Notes under the pieces: model-generated
Database searches by the model: none
The model's input: only the letters and a program-made list of their open reading frames with translations
What the model was told of the DNA's origin: nothing
Made by a program: the position numbers and the translations under genes
Origin: Eledone cirrhosa
Taxonomy: Eukaryota
Reading direction: 5' to 3'
DNA: 64,000 nt
NCBI GenBank assembly: GCA_964016885.1
Contig: OZ024748.1
Location: forward strand, 53,568,001 to 53,632,000
In this document: in pieces, positions 38,617 through 49,880 of the stretch
Layout of the letters: each line of letters begins with the position of its first letter
How positions within the stretch are numbered: the stretch's first letter is position 1

Positions 38617-38945
38617 CTAACTCAGATATTCAGGACGTATTGAAGGTTCCTTGCTGTTCCCAGAATACATGCCCTTTGAAGTGTTCAATAAAAGGGGACT
38701 TGGAAACTCTTGGAGATAGTACCTAGTGCTCCTATGATGGTCCCAAATCCTTTTCTGTTCCCACTTTAGATCCAAGTACCGGTTAATTTTCTCTTGCTTT
38801 TCTTGCACTCTTGTTTCAAAAGGGCAACCTTCATCTATAATATAGCAAGGTTGTTTTTCCTTGTCAAAAACCACCAGGTCAAGCCCATTGTATTCTAATT
38901 CTTTATCTGTTTGTATCCTGAAATTCCACAGCACTTTCACCTTCC
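38617..38945 (-). pseudogene. Second RLE-endonuclease retrotransposon fragment (distinct family)
   Basis: KVKVLWNFRIQTDKELEYNGLDLVVFDKEKQPCYIID..CPFETRVQEKQEKINRYLDLKWE; its 5' end abuts an S1 SINE fragment (38945-39070). Confidence 0.8.
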
Positions 38946-39512
38946 CGCCGAGGTTAGCTTTGCCTTTCATCCTTATGGGGTCAATATAGTACCTGTAGCA
39001 TACTGGGATTGATTTAATAGACTTTACCCTCTCCTCCAAAATGCTGGTCACATGCCTACAGTAGAAATCATCATTATTATTATTATTTGGTGCTGACTTG
39101 TTCTAACATACCATATTTGATGGCTTATAAGACCTCTCACCATTCCTCCCCCTACAAACAAAAAATGTCTTTCAAAATATCTGTGTCTTGTATATAAAAT
39201 TGAAGTATCAGTAACATTAAAAGCATATATGTAAACACAACCTAGTTTTAAAAATATTTCCTGCCATAATTCTCTGCTAATACGTCCAGAGGTTCTACAT
39301 GCCATCAAATACTGTGTTGTTCATATTGTTTTTTGACGTCGGATTCTAACATGTTTAAACGACATGTAAGTATATCATTTTATCATTTTTTTTTATTCAT
39401 ACAGGAAGCAGGAATTTCATTCATACAAGATCCTGAGAGAAAAAAAGGTCTGTTGTTGGATAATTTATATTTTATATTTATCTTTTTTTTTCCTGTTTTG
39501 TCTACATATATG

Positions 39513-39581
39513 TACAAGGATTGGCTGAAAAGTTATAAACTGACCAAGAGACTCTCATGGTCTGACCAAATGAGGTATATT
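39513..39581 (-). mobile_element. Isolated mariner right-end fragment
   Basis: Reverse complement of 6288-6370 (GCTGAAAAGTT..CTGACCAAGA..TGACCAAAT.AGGTATATT). Confidence 0.7.
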
Positions 39582-39778
39582 GATCATATTGACATAGTGA
39601 CTGACCTATAGCAGTTATGTAACTGTATACTATCAGACATCAGTTACTACTCGTCAATATCCCCAATTTTGCTTTATATGAAAATATTCAGAACCCCGAC
39701 GGCTGAGCTCCAGCCATTTCAACAGCTAGATCCCTACTGAGATATCTGTATAATATTATCTCCTGCTGTAGTATATAT

Positions 39779-40105
39779 GGTATGGTATGGTCCCATAACT
39801 CCTGATGGAGTCGTAAGGACACCGTATTAGCATACAGCATTTCTAGGACATGTTTAAACCTGGCAAAGCCCAATCTTCTCCAGGTCTGAATTCAGCAGAT
39901 TTCTTCTAGAGAAGGATAGTGAGTGAGAGAATGGAAGTGAGAATCGGATATAGTGGAAGAATCGACCCCAGTACTGGTACATTTTTTATCGACCTCAAAT
40001 GGAAGAAAGACAAAGTTGACTTCGGTGAAATTTAAACTCAGAGAGCCGAAAGGAATACCATAAAGCATTCTATACGATGTTCTACTGACTCAGCCAATTC
40101 ACTGC
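39779..40105 (-). mobile_element. Long-tailed SINE
   Basis: Homologous to 30500-30825 and 51745-52080. Confidence 0.7.
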
Positions 40106-40626
40106 TTGTAGTGTAAATTTAAGCTTCCTCTATATTTGCCTTTGGCTGAAGTTATGACATTGTATATTAAAAGAAAACGTAAACAGTAAAACACAGCTAT
40201 ATGTTTGTATATGCATTTTCATACTTCACGATTATACCATTCCATTAAATATGTAGTTTGAGAGCTTCGGTAATGTGTATCCTCAATCATTCTCACTCTC
40301 TCCAACCTGGATTTCCACAAAGCTCAGTCACTGGAAATCAATTAAGAGAGACATATCTGCAAGCTGAAATTTTCTTAGAACACTCACTATGCAAGACAAT
40401 AACATAACTCTGAAGCAATTTATATGAACAATGCAAGCTATATGTGTATAAAATATGGCCTAAAGAGGAAAGCCAAAGTTCACAAAAAACATCATCCCCA
40501 GGGGGACTGGACAGAGATTGTTATATAATGAAGTACATAGTTTTTCTATCGATGAATCACCAACAGAGGGAAAATAAAAACAAAACTGAAATGATTAAAA
40601 ATTGTTGTTTGTTGCTGAACAATATA

Positions 40627-41050
40627 TTAGCCATTTTGTTTCTATATTTTGAGTGAAAAACTCTACTCATTATTTTCAAATAAATTTTTAAATAATCAAG
40701 AATTTGGAGAGATTTAGTAATATACCTCACTTTCTTATTAAGTTGGTGTTTAGAATATAACTCATCGATGTTTCTTACAGAAAATTATGTTGAATGTACC
40801 GTATATACTTGAATATAAGCCAACTCCCCTATGTCTGTGAAATGGGCAAAAATTCAAACTCCGTTTATAAACTGAGGCAGCTAATCAACACATTGTTTAG
40901 ATGGCCAAACCCCATTCATTTTACCATCGATTTGTTTGGTCACATATTCCTCAGCTTATATTCGAGTGTATACAGTAATTACCATGAAACAAATAGTTGG
41001 TTTTATTTTTATTGTAGAGCTAAGGACGTTTTCAGGTGATTTTGTATCAG
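40627..41050. mobile_element. Old family-B piggyBac-type MITE interrupted by a pogo-type MITE (40797-40977)
   Basis: Flanks resemble the reverse complement of 18617-18856; the nested element has TA-CCGTATATACTTGAATATAAGC...GCTTATATTCGAGTGTATACAG-TA. Confidence 0.65.
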
Positions 41051-42136
41051 TACTTTAGGGATCAGGGACTGAAACCTGATTGGTTGTGAAATATTTCTAA
41101 TCACAAATTGTATTGTTGATCATGCCGTACGTTGAAAGTAGAACAGATTGTTTGTGTGTATCAACATGGCTTGTGAAAGTAGCGATACCGACTTTGAAGG
41201 TTTTACACATGATGACATTGAAAATGAACAAGAAACAAAAGATAATATTAGTGATTTATCTTCAAATGAATCAGACGTGTATATTTCTGAAATTTCATCC
41301 AATGATGATTGTTGTTTTGAAAGTGAAAGCGAAGGAGATCTCCAGGATGCCATTGAAAATAGTACAAGATGGTTTTGTATCATAAATCAGGGTGGTTTCA
41401 GGCAGGTTGCTATCAAAAGGGTTACACAACATAGCAAAAATGGTAGAATCAATTTAATAACTTGACAAGTATTTATTATTTGTTGTTAGCAGACATAATG
41501 GAAAAATTTATGTCACTGAGTTTGTTGAAAAATTGTATACTTATTTAAAAACTGTTACTGTTTTTAAAATATTCTCATTAACTACCAAGAACATTCTAAT
41601 AGAGTCAATTAGTACTGTTACGTTTGGGGAGCAAATTAAAAGAAAAAAGATTGCATAGTATATACGGGTGTATGTATGTGTGTATGTATATATGTACGTG
41701 TATGTGTGTATTTGTGTATGTATATATATGTATGTATGTGTATGTATGTATTTATGTGTATATATGTATGTGTGTGTGTGTGTGAGTATGTATGTATTTG
41801 TGTGTATGTATATGTATGTATGTGTGTGAGTATGTATTTGTATGTATGTATGTGTGTGTGAGTATGTATGTAATTCTGTTTATGTGTATATATATGTGTG
41901 TGTTAGTATGTATGTGTACGTATATATATGTATGTATTTGTGTGTATGTATATATATATATATGTGTGTGTATGTATGTATGTATTTGTGTATGTGATTT
42001 TACATATGTATGTATGTATGTATCTGTGTATGTTTGTGTGTGTTTGTATATATATATATGTATGTATCTGTGTATGTTTGTGTGTGTTTGTATATATATA
42101 TATGTATGTATGTATGTATCTGTGTATGTTTGTATG

Positions 42137-42167
<31 letters not shown>

Positions 42168-42188
42168 CTGTGTATGTTTGTGTGTGTT

Positions 42189-42245
<57 letters not shown>

Positions 42246-42498
42246 ATATGTATCTGTGTGTATGTTTGTATGTATGTTTATTATGAAGTGTTGTATAGTT
42301 ACTTCAGTGATTACTTGTTACACAATTGTAAAAGAATTGAAACATTTTTTAACAGTTCTGCAGATAATTATAGAAATTCTTACACCCCACATTACTGTAA
42401 ATATACATACATACACGCACATATATATATATATATATATATATACTAATGATAAAAATGAGGATTTGTTAGGTCTTCAAAGTCCTAACAAATCGTCC

Positions 42499-42540
<42 letters not shown>

Positions 42541-42543
<3 letters not shown>

Positions 42544-42741
42544 GATATTAAATAAATGGAAACTATATTTATAAAACCATATTTATTCTATTATATATAT
42601 ATTTCAAGGGTACCAAAAACTTTGGCACACTCTTTGTATTTTATCTGATGAAAGTGTACCAAAGTTTTTGGTACCCTTGAAATATATATAATACAATAAA
42701 TATGGTTTTATAAATATAGTTTCTATTTATTTAATATCATT
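42541..42741. repeat. Inverted repeat, ~90-bp arms (42541-42631 and 42653-42741), at a (TA)n tract
   Basis: Near-perfect reverse complements; the unique tail continues to ~42835 and contains GAGTGCTCC. Confidence 0.92.
42635..42700 (+). ncRNA. Type I hammerhead ribozyme motif
   Basis: TGTATTTTAT-CTGATGA-AAGtGTACCAAA/TTTGGTACcCTT-GAAA-TATATA-TA-ATACAATAAA; stem I pairs at 8 of 10 positions. Confidence 0.75.
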
Positions 42742-42838
42742 GAATATTTACTCCAGAAATCTGTCGAGTGCTCCAAATCAGTTATAAACATTTATATTTG
42801 TTGAATTTCCAACAAATTAAATATCCCTTCTACTTATA

Positions 42839-42884
<46 letters not shown>

Positions 42885-42888
<4 letters not shown>

Positions 42889-43018
42889 GTAGTTCCCAGC
42901 ATCGAAGACGCTTCTTTTTCCCTAAAATAAGTCTAAAAAATCTACCATGTGTCCATTATTTCTTTTCAAATTTTTGGTTGTCGAGGAGGAAGCATCTTCG
43001 GCGCTGGGAAATACGGTA
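42885..43018. mobile_element. pogo/Tc2-type MITE (family P2)
   Basis: TA-CCGTAGTTCCCAGCATCGAAGA...TCTTCGGCGCTGGGAAATACGG-TA; longer relatives at 53047-53220 and 55826-56000. Confidence 0.85.
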
Positions 43019-43183
43019 TATATATACATACATTCATGTATACATCGCTATTTCAGGGCACCAATCGTAATTTTTAACTTTTGCTGAACCAGCAATCGCT
43101 CTGTATAATCAGTTCCTGATTATTACTGGAATTCTATAAGAATCCAGCCTCTATAATTTTCGGCAGAGGTCAGCGAGTACGTT

Positions 43184-43223
43184 GCTCTGAGGAACACCAA
43201 CAGTGTGAAACAGATCTGTCAGC
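43184..43223 (+). ncRNA. Type I hammerhead ribozyme motif, canonical core, GUC site
   Basis: GCT-CTGAGGA-ACAC(caaca)GTGT-GAAA-CAGATCTG-TC-AGC; palindromic stem III; predicted cleavage after 43220. Confidence 0.8.
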
Positions 43224-43363
43224 TTCACTCCCTTCCTTTGCCGAAAAAAGAAGTAAGTGACATAGTCACTACTTTAAAATGATAGTGCAAGGTCTTCAAA
43301 ATGTTTTTAATTAAACATACGGTATATTACCAAATATACTATACATACATTCATATATATATA

Positions 43364-43712
43364 TCATCATCATTTCATCATTTCATTTTACGTCCACTTT
43401 TCCCTGCTTGCAAGGGTGGGACGGGAACTGATTCTGGCTTGATTTCTACAGCTGGATGCCCTTCCTAACACCAACCTCGTTTACAGTGAGTGCTGGGTGC
43501 TTTTTTGCCGTGGCACCTCCACGTCCACTTTGCAGTGGAATGATAGGGACCCCAGTCCCTATCATCTCATTTATACAGCTGAGTAAACTGGAGCAATGTG
43601 AAATAAAGTGCCTTGCTCAAGGAAACAACACATCACCCGGTCTGAGAATTGAACTCACAACCTTTCGATTGCAAGCCCAATGCTCTAACCACTAAGCCAT
43701 GTGTCTCCATCA
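43364..43712 (-). mobile_element. Full-length young SINE (tRNA head, central domain, RTE-like tail)
   Basis: A and B boxes on the minus strand and a (GAT)n tail; highly similar to 57726-58068 throughout. Confidence 0.9.
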
Positions 43713-43972
43713 TATACATATAAAGTGGTAGTTGTGATGCCATGGTAACACACACATGCAGAGTACATACTATGAAGTAGTTGGTGATAGGAAGGGTATC
43801 CAGCTACAGAGACCATTTCAGAAAGGACATGTATGAGTGAGACATGGTCATCTAATGTGTCTCGTCTCAGAACATCACAAACTGGTCTAACCTATCCAAG
43901 CAGGGTAAACATCGTAAATGGACGGGAAACAGTAACAGTGATGGAAATAATATATATGTATATACATATATT

Positions 43973-44003
<31 letters not shown>

Positions 44004-44209
44004 GTATGTATATATATGTATGTATTTGTATGTATATATGTATATATATATATGTATGTATGTATATATGTGTATGTATGTATGTATATATGTATGTATA
44101 TGATGTATGTCTGCATGTTTGTGCACTTGCATAAGCATACATGTGTGTATGCGTGATGTATATGTTATATATGTTTGTGTGTGCTTACATAAACAAACAT
44201 AGATATATC

Positions 44210-44242
<33 letters not shown>

Positions 44243-44371
44243 TACACACACATACACATACATATTTACTTACATACATATTCTCTTATTTTTTAAATTT
44301 AATCAAACCTCTTCAATAAAGAATTGGTGTGTAAATCCCTCCCTTTTCCTCCCCCCACTTTTCCCTGTTTT

Positions 44372-44416
<45 letters not shown>

Positions 44417-45125
44417 AGATTCCTTTATCAAATTTAATCAAACGTCTCCAGTAAAGAATTAGTGTGTAGATGTCTCATTTTCTCCCCCCCTCCCTCCCCC
44501 CCTCACACCCTCTTCCCCCTCACCCCTCACCCTCTCTCTCCTTGCTCCCCTATCTTTGTTCACACACACATGCATACACACATACACCCCCACACATACA
44601 TACACACACGCACCCCCCACATACATACACACATGCACCCACACACACACATACACTCATGCACCCACACATATGCATATCTATATACCTTATTAAATTT
44701 AATCAAACATGTCCAGTAAATAAGTGAGAGAATAAGAAAGAAAAAGAAATACATACAACACCATAAAACACAAAATAAAATATAAAAAAACAACAAATAT
44801 ACATAAATTAAAATCCAAACAAAGAGGTGGGGGAGGAGGAGAAATGTAGATATAAGGTAGATGGAGGGGGTAGGTGGATATGTATATAAGAGGGGTAAAT
44901 ATGTAGGGAGGGAGGTAGGTAAGAAGCTGACACATCGGCAGTGTGATGAGGGTTCAGGATTAAATGCCCCACACCATTCTGAGTTCAAATCTCAGTGAGG
45001 TCAACTTCATCTTTTATCCTTTTGAGGTCAATAAAATAAAATTTTAGTCCAGTACTACTGGGGTCATTTCCTCCCCCTCTATCTCTCTCGCTCTCTCTCT
45101 CTCTTTCACATTTTCTTTCTGTCTC

Positions 45126-45180
45126 TGTTTCAGAAGATCCCGTAAAGGGTGAAAGCAAGCAAAACTTACTTGCTGAAACA
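45126..45180 (+). ncRNA. Hammerhead-like motif with variant core CAGAAGA
   Basis: TGTTT-CAGAAGA-tCCCgtaaaGGGt-GAAA-GCAAG..CTTGC-TG-AAACA; same family as 12365-12417. The cleavage position is G, so it is probably inactive. Confidence 0.55.
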
Positions 45181-45214
45181 TTAATCTGTACTAATTATAT
45201 CTCTCTCTCTCTCT

Positions 45215-45296
<82 letters not shown>

Positions 45297-45329
45297 ATCT
45301 CTCTATCTATCTATCTATCTCTCCCTCTA

Positions 45330-45423
<94 letters not shown>

Positions 45424-45526
45424 TGCTGGATCAAGGAAACTGATTAACATAGAGCTTCTATCATCTTTACCTCTTTACCAGGATCTATATTGGTAAACTC
45501 CAATATAACTATATATATATATATAT

Positions 45527-46289
45527 ATTATGAAGAGAGAAGAAACATTTAGATATAATTAGTAATAAAATGTATCATACCTAAACTGCTCTAAATTCCT
45601 CGACTACGTAGTTTCGTGGCATAAACAAAAACATGTATCTGTGTGTTTCGTGGCATAAACAAAAACATGTATCTGTGTGTTTCTAAATATATTGTTAATA
45701 ACTCCCTCTGGTCGAGCAATCTTTGAGGTGTGGGGACAGCCAGAAAGCTTCCATTACTCATACTTCTCGCCTTCTTCACCACCTCTTCTACGGCCTCGAT
45801 ATAAATACCCCCTCCGCCTCCGTGGTATTTTCTTCGGGGTTACAAGAGGCTTAGCTCTGTTTCTCGACCGTTATATCGCGTGACTATCTCCCCCTCCGCC
45901 TTTTGGGATTCTTTCTCACGTCGTGTAGACGCGTTCTTGAGACTAGTAAAATGAGGTATCCTCTTGATAAGTCGGCAGACCTCGCAAGGACTCTATATCT
46001 TTATGATATATTGTTTTTGTTTATGCCACGAAACTACGTAGTCGAGGAATTTAGGAGCAGTTTAGGTATGATACATTTTATTACTAATTATATCTAAATG
46101 TTTCTTCTCTCTTCATAATGTATTTTTAACTCTGATACTGGTTCAGTCTAGTTCAACTGAATTGGTCTGTCCCAGTCATTCATTGAGCAACATCGGTGAA
46201 GTTGGCACCCTTAACTCACAGTTGGGTGCGGATGCATTCATGTATATATGTGTGTGTCCGCATGTATCTGTGTGTTTCTAAATATATTG

Positions 46290-46292
<3 letters not shown>
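45527..46292 (+). mobile_element. Hammerhead-bearing non-coding retroelement (Penelope-like pLTR or retrozyme) with inverted 5' copy and 32-bp terminal redundancy
   Basis: Inverted arms at 45527-45632 and 46012-46119; direct repeat 45666-45697 = 46261-46292; flanked by (TA)n. Confidence 0.8.
45959..46048 (+). ncRNA. Type I hammerhead motif with U3-A8 core (TTGATAA)
   Basis: TCCTC-TTGATAA-GTcGGCA...TGCCAC-GAAA-CTACGTAG-TC-GAGGA; GUC site at 46041-46043. Confidence 0.7.
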
Positions 46293-46327
<35 letters not shown>

Positions 46328-46413
46328 CAAATTTAGACGGGAACAAAACAGAGAGGCAGACAAATAAAGGTTTATTAGGTTCACGCTCTTGAGAGTGAGG
46401 GGTGGGGGTGGGG

Positions 46414-46446
46414 AACGACATTTCGGGCATAAGCCCTTCTTCAAGA
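46414..46446 (-). ncRNA. Degenerate minimal Penelope-type hammerhead motif
   Basis: Minus strand TTGAAGA-aGGGC(ttat)GCCC-GAAA-TG-TC; stem I is not evident. Confidence 0.5.
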
Positions 46447-46659
46447 TAAATAGGTTAAGAAGAGAGTTCCGAGGGTGTGTGGAAATACATTTAGAAAAAA
46501 GGGGGAAGGAGAACAAATAAAAATAAACATAAACATAAGAATTAAGAATAAGATGAGCAAGTGGTGGAAGGGTGTGAGGCGGGTGGAGTTGGGCCAGGGA
46601 GGTGGGGGGTCGAAGCAGGGAAGGCTGTTTGTGTATGTGTGTAGGTGTGCATGAGTGTG

Positions 46660-46870
46660 TAAACAACAAGATAATTATTTCATTTACCAGTGGTTTCTTG
46701 AAAGCAAACAAATCTGCTTTCAGTTGTCAGAATGAAAAAATATTGGTGTTTTTATTTTCAAATCCACATTCAATAAAAACACCAGGATTTTTTCATTCTG
46801 ACGACTGAAAGCAGATTTGTTTGCTTTCAAGAAACCACTGGTAAATGAAATAATTATCTTATGTTGTTTA
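46660..46870. repeat. Inverted repeat, ~97-bp arms (46660-46756 and 46772-46870)
   Basis: Near-perfect reverse complements with a 15-bp spacer; the tail containing GAGCAC runs to the (TA)n at ~46950. Confidence 0.92.
46791..46850 (+). ncRNA. Type I hammerhead ribozyme motif, canonical core
   Basis: TTTCATT-CTGACGA-cTGAAAGCA(gatttgtt)TGCTTTCAa-GAAA-CCACTGG-TA-AATGAAA; GUA site at 46841-46843. Confidence 0.85.
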
Positions 46871-46946
46871 TTACATAACTAATAAGTTCTGTAACCTACA
46901 TAGAGCACTCTTTTTTCCTGGACCTTTCCGACGGAATTACTTCATT

Positions 46947-47012
<66 letters not shown>

Positions 47013-47426
47013 ACCTCGGATCAGTTAGTAGTAAGTACTACTTATTGCAGAAATGCGACACCCTTGCCTTGGACTATAACAATTTTTCGCTTTCTGAGGA
47101 CTTGCAATAATTTATTATATAATGCATACAATTGAGCATGGGATTATGCAGTCAGTGCACGTAGACGGCTATTGTACAGAATGAACTCTCAATAAATTTC
47201 TCCTTCTGACCAATTCCTTCTGCCTAGTTATTCCTGTTTTTCTTGGTAACATACTATTATACACACACACACACATATATATATATATACGTATACAAAG
47301 ATATATATATGGTGTTAGGAAGGGCATCCAGCTGTAGAAATCAACCCAGTATCAGTTCCTATCCCACCCTTGCAAGCAGGGAAAAGCGGACGTTAAATGA
47401 TGATGATGATATGTATACATAAACAA

Positions 47427-47468
<42 letters not shown>

Positions 47469-47535
47469 CGTTTCTGAATTTGATGGCATAGGACAGAATA
47501 AAGGAGAGGCACAAAAACAAAGAAAATAATCCCCA

Positions 47536-47578
47536 GTCACTGAAGAGGTCACAGAATGTGTGACGAAAGAACTTTGAC
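47536..47578 (+). ncRNA. Minimal type I hammerhead motif
   Basis: GTCA-CTGAAGA-gGTCACA(gaatg)TGTGAC-GAAA-GAAC-TT-TGAC. Confidence 0.7.
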
Positions 47579-47732
47579 AATATATGAACAATCATCTGGT
47601 TGTGGAACCAACCAACCAACCGGAAATTTATAAATTCCTAAATTTATAATAAATTGAAGTGAAAGCAACTGGTGCGTGTGTTTCTTATTGGCAATATATA
47701 TATATATATTTGAATGTATATATAGTGTATTT

Positions 47733-47967
47733 TGCAATACACTTTATGCTTAATTAAAAGCATTTTGAAGACCGTATGCTATTGTTTTAGAGTAGTGACA
47801 GACTCACTTACTTTAATCTCAGCAAACAGGGGGAGATAAAGCTGACAAGGCCTTGTTTCTGCATTTATTGATGTTTGCTGAGATTAAAGTGAGTGAATTT
47901 GTCACTACTCTAAAACAATAGCATACGGTCTTCAAAATGCTTTTAATTAAGCATAAAGTGTATTGCA
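47733..47967. repeat. Inverted repeat, ~96-bp arms (47733-47828 and 47872-47967); the spacer holds the 3' half of a hammerhead on the minus strand
   Basis: Minus strand GAAA-CAAGGCCTTG-TC-AGCTTT (47838-47859); the arms are homologous to the tail of the 43184 hammerhead element. Confidence 0.9.
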
Positions 47968-48368
47968 GTTGTCCCACTTGAAGGCAAAGTTGGTCGGGTG
48001 ACCGTGTCTCGCTCATATAGGACTATCTGGCAGGTTTTCTACGGCTGGATGTCCTTCCTAACACCAATATAGTCAGTTGAAATAAATCCAAAGGCTGAAG
48101 ATAAGTCACAATTTTGATCTTTTTTACATTCTGGAGATATGGTCAATATTGGGTCTTGGACCTTGGCTTGTGCTTTTGTTCCTTGTATGAAGATAAATAA
48201 ATAATATTGCTAGTCTCTTGATTGAGCACTGTTTTCCTTTTTCACACCTACGGATATTACTACACACACACACACACACATATATTTGAGAGAGTAAGGC
48301 CCTGGCCCTCTCAAATATAGTTACACTCTGCTGAATAATGGTCATACTAGTTTAAAGCTGGTAAAATC

Positions 48369-48419
<51 letters not shown>

Positions 48420-49689
48420 CACTATTTTATGTATACATCCTATATTTTCATTTTCTTCTCTCTTAAGTATATCTTCCTTCTTATCATAATCATCATGTTT
48501 GTTAATAAGAATGTGAGAGAGACAGAGAGACACAGAGCTTTCTTCTAAATATCTGAGTTACAAGTGGCCTAATGAATGTGGCACTGGCAGGGGAGAGGAG
48601 AGAGAGATAGAGAGACAAAAGAGATAGAGAAAGGAGATGTTAGATAACAAAAAGAGTGTGGGAGGAGGAAAAAGCCGATACTACTTCCTTGAGTGTTCCT
48701 CACTTCCAGTGGAATTTTGATAGCCTTTCCATATAACCTGCAAGTCTTATTGCCAAACTCTTTGTTCTAGAACAAAGCAGACAATGCAGAGAAGAAGGCA
48801 TTGTCTCAGAACAAAAACATAGAGAAAATTTCTACAGTTACATTTGATGAGTTGAGGCAAAAATCTTTTAATAATTGCTTTGGCTTTTAATAGATGAGCA
48901 ACATAAATAATAACACACATACACACACACACAAATGTGTGCGTCTGCACATATGTACACAGACATACATACACACACGTGTGCATCTACACATACATAC
49001 ACACACACACACCTTGACATACACACATATACATCTACACATACACACACACACACCTTGACATACACACATATGCATCTGCTCATATGTACACACACAC
49101 ACACATATACACATATATATATATATACCTAGACACACATACACATGTGCATCTGCACATTTATATATACACACACACGCACACCTTGACATACACATGT
49201 GCATCTGCTCATATGTACACACATATACCTAGACACACACATACCCTGACATACACACACACACCTTGACATACACACATGTGCACATGTGCACCTGTAC
49301 ACACACACACATATTGAGGAGAGCCATTACAATCAATGTAATGTAGCAAAGAATTAATGATGGAGAACAAAAGATTAGAGGTGTGGGGGATGGAGGTAAT
49401 CAGTAGATTAGAAAAAAATTGGTTAAGGAAAAGACATTATGACAAATGTATACTAGTTACGCAAATGGTACTCGACCATATCTTTGGTTTAAAGCACTAA
49501 CTTTGTACCATCAGAGCTAGGGGCAGTGCTGGCCTTACCTATAAGCTAAAGCTTATGGCCATACACCATCGGGGTGTGAGTTTTTAAAATATATTTTGAA
49601 AACTATGTGGCAAATGGAATAAATCAAATAATTAGTTAAAAAGGAACATTTTGTAATTAATTTTATATTGTAATCATTGATAAATAATT

Positions 49690-49880
49690 ATTTCTAGTTT
49701 TGGCATAAGGCCAGCAAATTACCCAGTACATTACTGGTACTTTATTTTATCGACCCCGTAAGGATGAAAGGCAAAGTTAACCTCGACGGGATTTGAACTC
49801 AGACCGTAAAGAGACGTAACTATGCTAGAAAGCATGGCGTCCAACCCTCTACCTCTACCGATACTGCCAATTCACTGCCC
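49690..49880 (-). mobile_element. tRNA-derived SINE (family S1)
   Basis: Reverse complement of 14386-14580; another + copy lies at 52570-52760 and a fragment at 44930-45070. Confidence 0.85.
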
